IMG/VR virus record: IMGVR_UViG_3300024254_000024
Location: 1-28,302 of that record
Reading direction: 5' to 3' (one strand)
Source: a virus
Taxonomy: Duplodnaviria; Caudoviricetes
Length of the DNA stretch: 28,302 bases
Part shown: one piece after another, positions 14,231 to 23,690 of the stretch
Position numbering within the stretch: the first letter of the stretch is position 1
Layout: each line of letters opens with the position of its first letter
Notes under the pieces: model-generated
Seen by the model: only the letters and a program-made list of their open reading frames with translations
Databases searched by the model: none
Told to the model about the DNA's origin: nothing
Translations under genes and position numbers: made by a program

Positions 14231-16905
14231 GGAGCAGGTCCGTTTACGTACCCGAGAAATCCTACATTGCCTTCATTGTCTATTATAAGATCTCCTGTGC
14301 CTGCATGGTTGTCAGAGAAGCGGCTCCCACTCACCAACACGTACGATCCACCCTGCCCAAAGTTGGAACCAGTCCCGTGATTGGTTCCCCAAGCCGAAGC
14401 AGGGTCTCCCGGATCTAGATGCAAGAATACAACGGGCGCAGTACCCGACGGGAGAGCTCCTGTCGGTCCTAGATCGACAGGATTCCCACTGCCATCTACA
14501 AACTTATCAACAACATTGAAATACTGTCCTGGACCAAACCAGAACTCGCCGATGTAGCCACGTAGGTTCAGGAATAAGGCGAAGTCAGCACCTTGATCCC
14601 AAGCTATAGCTATCTCACCTGCCGAGTCGCCAGTCGAAGTGACCGTCGCAAGTGTGTTACCGTAGTACACAATAACGTCCCGCGCACCACCTGTGAAGTC
14701 ACATTGCATCCGAATGTTGCCACCACGGCCTACATCATACTCAAACTGAAACTGCGTAAACGGACTTCCGGTGCTGGCTATGAAGCATACACACACTGGC
14801 GGGTCAGAATTTGTGTTCAGATCAATCTCAACATACCCATCAGGGTACAAGAAGGCTCCGCGAGTATTCCGATCAATCCAGAACGACAATACAAACTTGG
14901 TCGTAGTACCGATAAGACCTCCAGTCTGCGACAGCCCATATCCCAGAGGATCAACAAACACTACATTGGGATCAGGCACGGGTGAATGGTGCTGATTGAG
15001 CCCCATATAGATTGTTGGAGCAACGCCTGTAGGTATCTCTCCCTGAACTCCGAGGTCAACAGCCTTTCCAGCAACGTCGTGGAACTTCAGACGGTTAGAC
15101 GTGTCTGAGAAGTCGATATAGTCGGTCGTGTTAAACCAGAACTCAGCTACCTCACCCGCATAGCCACATCCAGACACTCCACCGTTACCAAATACCTTCC
15201 ACGCTACATTGTAGAAGGTATCAGGCAGTCCTACTCCGTAGTCGATGTTGAATCCTGCAGTGTAGTCAGCACGAGTCAGAACTGTAACAGGTGAGTCGTT
15301 GAAATACAGATCGACCTTCTTAGCCCCTGCTGCCTGCTGCATGTCCCATGAACACAACACATTGACCCATTCGTCGGGAGGCAACGCTGTCGTAGTGATG
15401 AGACTGACAAAGTTGGTCTCTCCTGTATTAGCCAGGAATACAGAGAAAGCGTTTGCTATGAAACACCTGACAATGTTCCCAAGAGGCACGTAAGCAGGTA
15501 GTCCGCTCGTATCCAAGTCAACGGTTATAGTATTGGTACTGTGTCCGAGTACTAGAACGCCCCCAGAACCTGAGCCGAGCCCCGACCATCCTCCGCCTTG
15601 AGTAATCGTCGAGAGTCTGACGCGAGTGTATCCTCCGCTAGAGTCGATCCCATGAGCAGAGCTGAACGTTATTACTGCAGGGTTTGCAGACGTAATATTC
15701 GAGATGAATAATACGTCAATGTGGGCTCCGGTGTTAAGTGAGGGGTTGTAAGTTCCTAAGGCTGATGTATTCCAAGCTACCGTTATCGTGTTGACTCCGG
15801 TAGACACTACACTGACGATAATCTGATGAGGACTTGCAGGAACGAACTGGTTGACGTTGGCAATGTAGATCTGCGACCCAACAAGAATCTGCGTCAGGTC
15901 ACCCACAATAGTGATGACCGCATTGGCAGCATTACTGATATTCGTAATACGAAAGTTAAGGTTTGAGCAGAACGACGGTTGGAAATACATCGTGTCTGAA
16001 TTGGGGGCGCCTATGGGTCCTGAGAACGATCCGTACAACGCTAGGAAGTCGTCGGTCGCCTGAACCTTTGCCCAGAACGATAGTGTACCCTTGCCTCCCG
16101 GACTCATCGGAGGGAAACGCCAGAACTCTACATTGCCGTCGGCTGTAGCCCCTTTTGCAAACCAACTTACTGGAGGAGGTACTATAGGAGGTGCACCGAA
16201 CGGGGCCCAGCTAGGTAGGGGAGGAGTATCTGACGTCTCCTGGATAACTGACCTAAACTTTAACGAGGCAGTCCACCAATTCTTGACGAACTGTTCGAAC
16301 TCTTGCTCGTCTACGATGAACCTGCACTTGTAGTAATAGTACATGTCCACAGAGATGACAGACCCTGCAGGAGGAGCGTTATCGAACACTAGCTCCGTAC
16401 CATCCAGGGAAGTGCTCCACCCCGAAGTCTGCTCTACCCCGTCGAAGTATACTTTGAAGGTGTGCGAGCGATTAACTGCCCCGACAGGTTCGGTGCAGAA
16501 CATCGTTGCAGTGTCATCGTTCGGGTACTTGATTGTGCGTAGCAAGAGGTAGACGGTTGTACTGCCGTCTGTCTCCCCGATTACCTGCCCAGCTCTGGAG
16601 CAGTCTGTCAAGTCCTCGAACAAGAACCAGCCGTACTGCCCGTTGCAGCTGATGAAGATCTGAGACAGCGCTTCGAACTGCGTGAACCCTAACTGGTTGA
16701 GGTCGAGGGAGGAATTCTGGGTCTGGTCGCGTAGTGTCTCGTACTTGAGCTCAAACTCCCACAAGGGCAGAGTCTGCTGTGCAGAAGTAACTTCCCTCCC
16801 AGACTTGATGTTGCTGATGACAGTCGAGAATGTGGGCTTGCGATGGACGCTGAACCCGTACAGGTACGGCAGTACTGAAAGGTCAGTAGTGGGCAGGCCA
16901 GTCAT
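14227..16905 (-). CDS. Distal tail protein (DUF2460-like) paralogue 1 with LamG/ConA-like and FCCH-like modules
   Basis: Same DUF2460-type N-terminus; Pro linker; TLSFW, WVNVLCSWD, LYFND, AEFWF LamG-like strands; two I(T/S)NI(S/T).AN.AVIT-like modules. Confidence 0.8.
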   Translation of the reverse strand: MTGLPTTDLSVLPYLYGFSVHRKPTFSTVISNIKSGREVTSAQQTLPLWEFELKYETLRDQTQNSSLDLNQLGFTQFEALSQIFISCNGQYGWFLFEDLTDCSRAGQVIGETDGSTTVYLLLRTIKYPNDDTATMFCTEPVGAVNRSHTFKVYFDGVEQTSGWSTSLDGTELVFDNAPPAGSVISVDMYYYYKCRFIVDEQEFEQFVKNWWTASLKFRSVIQETSDTPPLPSWAPFGAPPIVPPPVSWFAKGATADGNVEFWRFPPMSPGGKGTLSFWAKVQATDDFLALYGSFSGPIGAPNSDTMYFQPSFCSNLNFRITNISNAANAVITIVGDLTQILVGSQIYIANVNQFVPASPHQIIVSVVSTGVNTITVAWNTSALGTYNPSLNTGAHIDVLFISNITSANPAVITFSSAHGIDSSGGYTRVRLSTITQGGGWSGLGSGSGGVLVLGHSTNTITVDLDTSGLPAYVPLGNIVRCFIANAFSVFLANTGETNFVSLITTTALPPDEWVNVLCSWDMQQAAGAKKVDLYFNDSPVTVLTRADYTAGFNIDYGVGLPDTFYNVAWKVFGNGGVSGCGYAGEVAEFWFNTTDYIDFSDTSNRLKFHDVAGKAVDLGVQGEIPTGVAPTIYMGLNQHHSPVPDPNVVFVDPLGYGLSQTGGLIGTTTKFVLSFWIDRNTRGAFLYPDGYVEIDLNTNSDPPVCVCFIASTGSPFTQFQFEYDVGRGGNIRMQCDFTGGARDVIVYYGNTLATVTSTGDSAGEIAIAWDQGADFALFLNLRGYIGEFWFGPGQYFNVVDKFVDGSGNPVDLGPTGALPSGTAPVVFLHLDPGDPASAWGTNHGTGSNFGQGGSYVLVSGSRFSDNHAGTGDLIIDNEGNVGFLGYVNGPAP

Positions 16906-16949
16906 ACCAGGAATTCACCGCCAGGAATAACAAATAGCGGGCATATATG

Positions 16950-16977
16950 AGTTCCCCGCCGCCCAGCGGGAAGAACT
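16950..16977 (-). promoter_or_regulatory. Bulged GC-rich hairpin between TMP and Dit genes
   Basis: mRNA AGUUC-UU-CCCGC-UGGGCG-GCGGG-GAACU; no adjacent U-tract. Confidence 0.4.
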
Positions 16978-16988
16978 AGGAGCCGGGC

Positions 16989-19900
16989 TCATGGGCGCCA
17001 ACCATTGCGGATCATGTTAGCAACGTGGGTCTCCATGGCTGCTGAATGCGTCCTGAGCATCGCCTCAAACGACGACCTCGTGGCATAGGGATGGTACCCA
17101 GTCACGTTCGCATTGTAGTTCAGGGTCGATTGGTTTGAGACCGACCTAGAAGCATCGACATTGGCTCCGGTACTGGACGCATGCTGCTGGATCATGTCGT
17201 TCAGTCCTTGGGACAAGTCAGCAGGTAGCACAGTTTCTTGGGGGTGGATGACTGCAAGGGTTCCTCCCCGTCCATCTTGCACGCGATAACCGCCAGCAGC
17301 AGAAGGGATGCTGCTAAGATTAAGAGCCATACCTCCTTCGCCAAACAAGCCTCCTATGATCGGTATGGCTTTGAAGATCCCACCAAAGATACCTCCTCCA
17401 CTGTCAGCTGCGGAAGAGGCAGCGTGGGCTTGCAAAGCTGCAGCGTCTTGCAAGGTCGATGCTGTATGTTGAGTCTCTGCAGTGACTCCTAGTAGCTTGG
17501 CTCCCTTCTCCAAGACCGACGTTTCTGCAGATGCATCCATCGCAGTCTTGAATACGTCAAACCCTTTCGTGATGTTCTGGATTGCTGAAGGGAGGTTGAA
17601 CAGTGTCGATAGGACCGAACCCAGTACGCGGAAGCGAGGACTGATCGCTCCCAGCACACCAGACAGGGATCCCAGACCCTGGCCGATCTGTCTGATCCCG
17701 GCGAACGCAGACTGCTGCTCTCCCTGTTGCTGTCGGGTTGACTGGTTGCGCGTGGAGCCTCCCCCACCGCCTCCGCCTCCGGAGAGGTTCGCAATGCCTG
17801 AGTCTGCAGAACCCTCACCCCTGCCCTCGCCGCCTATCCCTCCACTCTTCTGGGCTGCTTTATCAACAGACTGTTTGAGCTGCTGCACTGAAGTGTTGAG
17901 CTCGGAAGTCTCCCGGGTGTTAGCTTCGGTCTTAGTGGTATCCTGTTGAGTCTGAGCAGCATCCTGTCTATCGATTTGCATCGACTGCTGCTCAGTCTGC
18001 GACAGCTGGGAGATGGTCGAGGTTAGCTGGGACTGCTCCTGAATAGACTGACGGATTGCTCCCTGGAGAGCCCCTCCAGTCTGTAAGTCAGGAGCGTTCG
18101 AGAACTTTGAATCATTGTAGAAGATATTCCCAGGGTAGTCAGGGTTGCCTACAGCAAGAGCTCGCTTTGACCTATAGTTGCGATTTGCCGCATTGTACGT
18201 TTCGTCATATGTTGAGAGAGGGGATTCATCACCTCCGGCGGACGCGCTATACTTAGGCCCTCCCGACGATCCGCCACGCTCTTTGAGGATGCTGTCGGTA
18301 GTACTCGGCTCGACGTTGTCCCACAGCTTCTTCCACATCGAGCCTAGAGAGGCTGGAGGTACGTCTGGCTGTGTACCGGAATACTTATCTGGGAAGTCTT
18401 CTGGGAGAATAATCTTGCCCGTCTCGTATATACGAGGAGCAGGGGGCTCTACTTGGGGACGTAGTAGCTTCTCACGGCCAGACTCGAACGGGATCGAGGG
18501 GAGGTCTCCAGCGCCCGGAGTCTCTACTGACGGCGCTGGTGGATATGCACCCCCACCTCCACGTCCTCCTTGGATAGCTTGCTGTACCTGCTCCCGGGAT
18601 ACTCGGCTTGAACTACCCTCGCGAAGGGCTTGTCCGATCCATCTCGACCCTCCCCAACTAGCCTCTGAGCCACCCCCGATATGGATCAGGTTCGGGCCCA
18701 TATACCCTGGACCTGCTCCTACTCCAGTAGCTCCTGCTCGTACTGCTTCAGTAACGTACTCCTGCATCATTCTCTGGTCGTCTGGATTGTTCATATCCAG
18801 TACTCGACCACTGGCGTCTGACAGTGACAGGTCTGCAGCACCGCCTTCATCGTGTCTGTGAGAACCAACCCTGTTGGGGCCTGAAGAAGGTTGACCTCCT
18901 GACGTTATACGGGCTCGCAGGCCTGTCTTTATACCTGCATAGGTAAGCTGTTCACGTAGAGCGTCGTCAATGGGCTGGTTGCGGGTAGCACCTCCCTGAG
19001 CTTCTGTAACGTAGTCACTAGTAACGCCACCCCCACCACCACTGATGCGGCCGCGAGCTACTGCTCCTGGAGCTCCTGGGAATGCCGAGTCCGCAGCAGA
19101 GCCGGGGCCTACAATGTTCTTTGCTGTAGGTCCAGTACCCTTAAGGGCCTGAGTGAGCTCATTCATCGCCTTAGTGAGCTCACCAGTGTAATCGGTCGAC
19201 TTCTTGATCGCATCAGTCAGGGACTGCTGGGATTTCTGGACCTCAGGATCCTTCTTGTCCTGCCCCAGGCCTACCAGCTGTGCGAAGTACCTGCCTAAGA
19301 CACCTGTGATGGTTGTCTCTTTGCCTTCCTCGACTTTGATGTTCAGCTGCTCAGCTAACCATTTGCCTCCGTACTGGTTTGCAATGGTTCCTAGGGTGCC
19401 TGTGACTCCCTCAAGTACTCCCTTCGCTACAGTCTGGATTGCCTGCTGGCGAGTGCTCTTGCCCGTGATAGCGTCGGTGATAGCACGTTCGATCGACGAG
19501 CCGACTTGGTCGAAGGCCTTCTTGAACGAGTCAGCTATCTGGTCTGCATGCCTCTTAGCTTCTGCGTTGGCCTTCTCCTGGATAGCAGAAACCTCTTTAC
19601 TGAACTCTGCCTCAAGCTGTAGACGCTTCATGTACGTCTCAAGCCACAGCTCTCGCTTGGTAGTCTCGTTCTGTAGGATAGCGTCGTACTGGGCTGCTAG
19701 CTGGACATAGAGCTGTGTAGTGTATTGGATGTCGAACCCGTAGGCTTGGTCTTGGGAGATCTGCCTCTCCTTGACCATCGACTGCATATTGTTTCTGAAC
19801 TGCTGCAGGTACAGCTGATCGATACGCTGAAGCATATTTGCTTCACGTTCGCGGATCCTGAATGCCTCGTCAACGGCCTGTTGAGATGCTCTGGTCTTCT

Positions 19901-21833
19901 CCCTTTGGATCTCTAGATACTGGGTTGAATCACGTCCGTAGATAGCAGCAGCACGGGCTGCCCACTCGTCGTAGATGCGGGCGATCTGTTCGAACGAGCC
20001 CTTAGCTGCTTGGATCTTGTCGCGCTCTGAAGCTGCGAACCTCTGGTAGTCTCGATCTCGGAGGGTTTGCTGTGCCTGGGTTTCAGCATTCAGCTGCTCC
20101 TGGTACGCTAGAGGAGATCTCTGCGCTTGACCAGATGTACGATACCCTTCTGTGATTGCCTGTTGGATCCTGAGACGCTCTGCCTCGTTGTGCGCTGCCT
20201 CGATGTTGAGGCGACGCATCTGCTGCATCCAGATTTGGAACCGCTGCTCGGCCGCACCACGATCTGCATCCAGAGCTTTGTCCTGGATCGTCTGATAGTC
20301 TTTAGTCCAGGACTCATAGACGGTTCTTGCATATTCGACTTCGCGCTGGCGGATCTCTTTGATCTTCTCGGCGTTGGTACCTGCAGCCTTGACCTCCTCA
20401 TCGAACGCTCGAAGGCGATTTTGGATTGCCATCTTCTCTCCGGGAGACCGAGTCTCGGAGAGCGTGACCATAATACTCTGGATAGCCTGGTCGATCTGAT
20501 GCAGCTGCTGAATGTAGCGTTCGTTGTTACCCTCGTCCCCCGCTCCGATGTTGGATTGGGACATCTCAGTCTGGAGTTCTTGCCGACGCTGCCGTAGTGT
20601 ATCGAGTTCTTGTAATAGAGAACGCTGACGTGCAATCTCAGGAGCATTGGCTTCTACGGCTGCCGAGGCTGCACGTTGCAGAGGGGTCTCACGCTCAAAC
20701 ATCTGCTGGACGTTTGGCTGCATCTGCTGCATAGATGGCATCTGCTGCATAACAGCCGCGAGCGATACTGCATCGCCCCCAACCATCGCCATCGTTTCAG
20801 CAAGCCGTGTATACTCTGCTCGAGCTTCGTTGACTCTGTTGGTCTCTTTGAGGAATCCCTGGTCGAGCTTCGGGAATATCATCAGGAGAGCGTCACGCTC
20901 CCGACGTTGTTTAATTAGAGCCTCGGCCTCCTTACCTTGAGCTTCAGTGAGGATACCTAACTTAACTGCAGCACTGACGAACGACTCAGCGGTGGCTCCC
21001 CACTGAGCTTTCTGCTGCTTGACTGCGTCGGACAGGCTGAGGTGCTGATTGAGAGCCATCGCCGACAGCGTGAGCTGGTTGACCTTCGGGATGAACTCTG
21101 TAAACTCTGCTCCGAGCTCTGCAGTCCACTGAGTGAGCTCGCGCATCTCGTGTCCGGACAGATTGAACTGTCTCTGGACAGCAGACATTTCAGCACCCTG
21201 CTGCTCGCGAGGGTTTTGCCTCCCTTGTCCTAGCGATATAGTACGTGCTTGTAGTTCGTCTAGGGCTGCTTTAGCTTGGTATGCCTGGTAGGCTATGTAG
21301 CCCAGAATCGCTACTAGACCTCCACCAGCGGCGACTGCTCCCCAGGCAGGAGCTGATAGGTTGCTGAAGATGGTTGCTAGGCCACCGATACGCTCCGTGA
21401 GGACGACTAGGCTGCCCGGAATTCTTGACCAGTTGCCTGTCATCCACTCGTGGCCCAGAACGATGAACTCTCGGATCGAACCAGAATTCAGGGCGTTCAA
21501 GCCTGTAGAGGTATGGTTGGCTTCTGCGTAAGTCTCGCTGAGCTTTCTGTTCAGGAGCTCTAGCTGCTGGCCGTACATTGCAGGACCCAGCTGAGCTGAA
21601 ACTCTATTCAGCTCCTGCATCTGCTCCTGTACTTTGGACAGTGCAGCAGTTAGAGGATTTACGGAGTCAAGGATCTGCCTAACGGCTGCAGGCAGAGTAC
21701 CTAGTGTTTGGCCTCCGCCTGCTTGCGCAACCTGTTGCAGCCTCGTGATAGTGGCCTGCAGTTGCTGTAGCTGAGCTACAGCATTAGTTACGTTAGCAGT
21801 AGCATTGATGTTGATATTTGGACCGCCGGCCAT
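16989..21833 (-). CDS. Tape measure protein with internal M15/Hedgehog-type zinc peptidase domain
   Basis: 1614 aa, A/Q/E-rich helical protein after the chaperones; ITSG..SHRHDEGGAAD...IHIG motif around 18630-18990; C-terminal LAVIHPQETVLP typical of TMP ends. Confidence 0.92.
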   Translation of the reverse strand: MAGGPNININATANVTNAVAQLQQLQATITRLQQVAQAGGGQTLGTLPAAVRQILDSVNPLTAALSKVQEQMQELNRVSAQLGPAMYGQQLELLNRKLSETYAEANHTSTGLNALNSGSIREFIVLGHEWMTGNWSRIPGSLVVLTERIGGLATIFSNLSAPAWGAVAAGGGLVAILGYIAYQAYQAKAALDELQARTISLGQGRQNPREQQGAEMSAVQRQFNLSGHEMRELTQWTAELGAEFTEFIPKVNQLTLSAMALNQHLSLSDAVKQQKAQWGATAESFVSAAVKLGILTEAQGKEAEALIKQRRERDALLMIFPKLDQGFLKETNRVNEARAEYTRLAETMAMVGGDAVSLAAVMQQMPSMQQMQPNVQQMFERETPLQRAASAAVEANAPEIARQRSLLQELDTLRQRRQELQTEMSQSNIGAGDEGNNERYIQQLHQIDQAIQSIMVTLSETRSPGEKMAIQNRLRAFDEEVKAAGTNAEKIKEIRQREVEYARTVYESWTKDYQTIQDKALDADRGAAEQRFQIWMQQMRRLNIEAAHNEAERLRIQQAITEGYRTSGQAQRSPLAYQEQLNAETQAQQTLRDRDYQRFAASERDKIQAAKGSFEQIARIYDEWAARAAAIYGRDSTQYLEIQREKTRASQQAVDEAFRIREREANMLQRIDQLYLQQFRNNMQSMVKERQISQDQAYGFDIQYTTQLYVQLAAQYDAILQNETTKRELWLETYMKRLQLEAEFSKEVSAIQEKANAEAKRHADQIADSFKKAFDQVGSSIERAITDAITGKSTRQQAIQTVAKGVLEGVTGTLGTIANQYGGKWLAEQLNIKVEEGKETTITGVLGRYFAQLVGLGQDKKDPEVQKSQQSLTDAIKKSTDYTGELTKAMNELTQALKGTGPTAKNIVGPGSAADSAFPGAPGAVARGRISGGGGGVTSDYVTEAQGGATRNQPIDDALREQLTYAGIKTGLRARITSGGQPSSGPNRVGSHRHDEGGAADLSLSDASGRVLDMNNPDDQRMMQEYVTEAVRAGATGVGAGPGYMGPNLIHIGGGSEASWGGSRWIGQALREGSSSRVSREQVQQAIQGGRGGGGAYPPAPSVETPGAGDLPSIPFESGREKLLRPQVEPPAPRIYETGKIILPEDFPDKYSGTQPDVPPASLGSMWKKLWDNVEPSTTDSILKERGGSSGGPKYSASAGGDESPLSTYDETYNAANRNYRSKRALAVGNPDYPGNIFYNDSKFSNAPDLQTGGALQGAIRQSIQEQSQLTSTISQLSQTEQQSMQIDRQDAAQTQQDTTKTEANTRETSELNTSVQQLKQSVDKAAQKSGGIGGEGRGEGSADSGIANLSGGGGGGGGSTRNQSTRQQQGEQQSAFAGIRQIGQGLGSLSGVLGAISPRFRVLGSVLSTLFNLPSAIQNITKGFDVFKTAMDASAETSVLEKGAKLLGVTAETQHTASTLQDAAALQAHAASSAADSGGGIFGGIFKAIPIIGGLFGEGGMALNLSSIPSAAGGYRVQDGRGGTLAVIHPQETVLPADLSQGLNDMIQQHASSTGANVDASRSVSNQSTLNYNANVTGYHPYATRSSFEAMLRTHSAAMETHVANMIRNGWRP

Positions 21834-21835
21834 AT

Positions 21836-22294
21836 TTAGCCCCTAAAGACTCCGCCAGGTTGCTTCTTCACGAAGTTTGCGATCTGCACAATATTAGACA
21901 AGGACGTCGCTACACGCGCGTCCTGTTCTGAAGCTCTATTAGTATGTGGCTGGTTGCGCATCCCCTGTAGACTTGAAGGAGCTTGAGCGGATGGAATTAT
22001 CTTGGGGGCGGGTTTGTACTTGAAGTAGGCAACGGCCCACGTCCTGAGAGGGGGCCGTACACGCCATTCTTCGTGGAGGATCTTATACTTCCTGTAGTTC
22101 CACCTCCGATTGACTTGATGCCAGGATCCCCCCTCGATCCCTTCTGCTACGAGCTCTGCGATGATAGAGGCGATTACTGCAGGGTCCGGGGAACGAGCCT
22201 GTCGGGTACCTGCTGGCTGATCTCCTCCTTCGTCTGCTCCTGCTGATCCACCGCGGCCGTTACGTCTGGTGAAGGCACTGAACCATTCACGGAT
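21836..22294 (-). CDS. -1 frameshift extension of the tail assembly chaperone (gpGT-like); not in ORF track
   Basis: -1 frame is open 22399-21836 with no usable start. Encodes ...IIAELVAEGIEGGSWHQVNRRWNYRKYKILHEEWRVRPPLRTWAVAYFKYKP...GGVFRG* and ends 2 nt before the TMP ATG. Confidence 0.8.
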   Translation of the reverse strand: MREWFSAFTRRNGRGGSAGADEGGDQPAGTRQARSPDPAVIASIIAELVAEGIEGGSWHQVNRRWNYRKYKILHEEWRVRPPLRTWAVAYFKYKPAPKIIPSAQAPSSLQGMRNQPHTNRASEQDARVATSLSNIVQIANFVKKQPGGVFRG

Positions 22295-22809
22295 CCCCCC
22301 GCCTCCGGAACCGCTGGCGTCAGCAGGGGCTGAGTAGGGGACTCTCCACCTCCACCTCCACCTCCGGCGCTGCCCTGTGGGGTTTCTTCCCAGGTTGCTT
22401 CAACCTGTGAAGGCTCCAACAGACCTGACTCGCAGAGGAGCCGAGCGTAGGAGGCGTTCAACTGGGGCCATTCTTTGCCGCGGAGCTTCCTGCCCATCTG
22501 CTCGACGGTCAAGGGGTTGTCTGTCTCAGACAGCAAGATCTCGCACACTGTCAAAGTGGCTCTGATACGATCGATAGATGTCGTAGCCAGAGCAGCCTTG
22601 GCCTGCTCGTCCCAGACTTTGGTGAGCATGAAGAACGAGATGTTGGGGACCTTGATGACTTCCCCACCCATGATGAACTCGACGCCCTCGTCGTCATACT
22701 TGACGCTCTTCCAGGCTTCGTGCTCCCGCTCCGAGATCGTCTTCTGGGCTTCCCGCTCTGCTGAGACGGGGATGTTACTTACGGACTGAGGTCCTGGTGC
22801 TCCGCTCAT
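22174..22809 (-). CDS. Tail assembly chaperone (gpG-like)
   Basis: Lies between tail tube and TMP; GGAG SD; overlapping -1 frame. Confidence 0.8.
   Translation of the reverse strand: MSGAPGPQSVSNIPVSAEREAQKTISEREHEAWKSVKYDDEGVEFIMGGEVIKVPNISFFMLTKVWDEQAKAALATTSIDRIRATLTVCEILLSETDNPLTVEQMGRKLRGKEWPQLNASYARLLCESGLLEPSQVEATWEETPQGSAGGGGGGGESPTQPLLTPAVPEAGGSVNGSVPSPDVTAAVDQQEQTKEEISQQVPDRLVPRTLQ
22294..22300 (-). promoter_or_regulatory. Candidate -1 ribosomal slippery heptamer G GGG GGA
   Basis: In-frame X XXY YYZ heptamer inside the overlap of the chaperone ORF and the open -1 frame. Confidence 0.6.
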
Positions 22810-22828
22810 GTATTACTCCGGGGGCGAC

Positions 22829-22851
22829 GGTAGGGCCGACATGGCCCTACC
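22829..22851 (-). terminator. Perfect 9-bp hairpin after the tail tube gene (attenuator or mRNA stabiliser)
   Basis: GGTAGGGCC-5 nt-GGCCCTACC; no U-tract; preceded on the mRNA by (ACCAAG)x3. Confidence 0.5.
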
Positions 22852-22874
22852 TTGGTCTTGGTCTTGGTAACCGG

Positions 22875-23642
22875 TTACTGGTTGGTTGAGAGTTGGAAGG
22901 TGGAGCCGTCTGCCGAAGCAAAGGCGCCGAACGAGAAGTCGTTGATCACGAAGTTGTCGACTGTCGTGGGCATCCCGATGTTCATACCGACACAGTTGAA
23001 CAACGTGAGGTTGATCGAGTTCCCCTGGAACGGCTGGTAGAAGTCTCCTCGGAAGATCGGGGTGGTGCCCATGAACGGGTTGCCGCCGTTCAACGTGAAC
23101 CCTCCGGACGTCGTGTATTCGTACGAGATCTGGACAGGAAGTGTTGAAGGCGAGGCCGGCACATCTCCTGTGAAGAAGTTGTAGATACCCGTCGTCGCTC
23201 CGACCTTGTATTCTCCGGAGGCCAGAGTGGCTGTGGGATCGACCTTCTGCATCCTCGCGCCGGTGCTCGGGACGAAGACGCCGAGATCGAACGAGAAGGT
23301 AGCAGCCTGCGAGACCGTGATCGTCGCTGCGATGTTGTGGTTCTCAGCGAACGAGGTCAGGGTCTGTCCCGTGTCAACGGTCTGGCCGAAGAAGAGGCTG
23401 TTGTAGACCGGAGTCGAGATCAAGGCGTACTTGCCTTTGCCCTCGATCTTGGTCTTGCCTCGAGCGACGGCGATCGGGAATTGGCCCTGCGAGAACAGAT
23501 CGCGCAGTTCGCCGGAGAACGTGATCGTGATGTCCTGCAGCGCCGCAAGCTGAACCGGGGTGCCGTTGTCGATATCGGTACGTGTGACGAAGAAAACACC
23601 AGAGCCGAAGCCCAGCTCCAGTTGGGTGGTTGCTAAAGCCAT
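22875..23642 (-). CDS. Major tail tube protein
   Basis: FGSG..F, LQDI.I.FSG, QFPIAVARGK.KIEGK motifs; position; AAGGAG SD; strongly C/G-ending codons. Confidence 0.85.
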   Translation of the reverse strand: MALATTQLELGFGSGVFFVTRTDIDNGTPVQLAALQDITITFSGELRDLFSQGQFPIAVARGKTKIEGKGKYALISTPVYNSLFFGQTVDTGQTLTSFAENHNIAATITVSQAATFSFDLGVFVPSTGARMQKVDPTATLASGEYKVGATTGIYNFFTGDVPASPSTLPVQISYEYTTSGGFTLNGGNPFMGTTPIFRGDFYQPFQGNSINLTLFNCVGMNIGMPTTVDNFVINDFSFGAFASADGSTFQLSTNQ

Positions 23643-23690
23643 ATTTTACTCCTTGCCCTCAGGCTCTTCAAGGTATACGATAGAGCTGGT

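Noticed and set aside
3692-20647. Long shadow ORFs (for example 3692-4207, 10163-10897, 18178-18861, 20108-20647)
   Set aside because: Antisense or off-frame to well-supported genes, with no motifs; expected in GC-rich coding DNA.
22345-22365. (GGAGGT)n tandem repeat resembling stacked SD sites
   Set aside because: Explained by a poly-Gly linker in the chaperone; no suitably placed start codon in the -1 frame.
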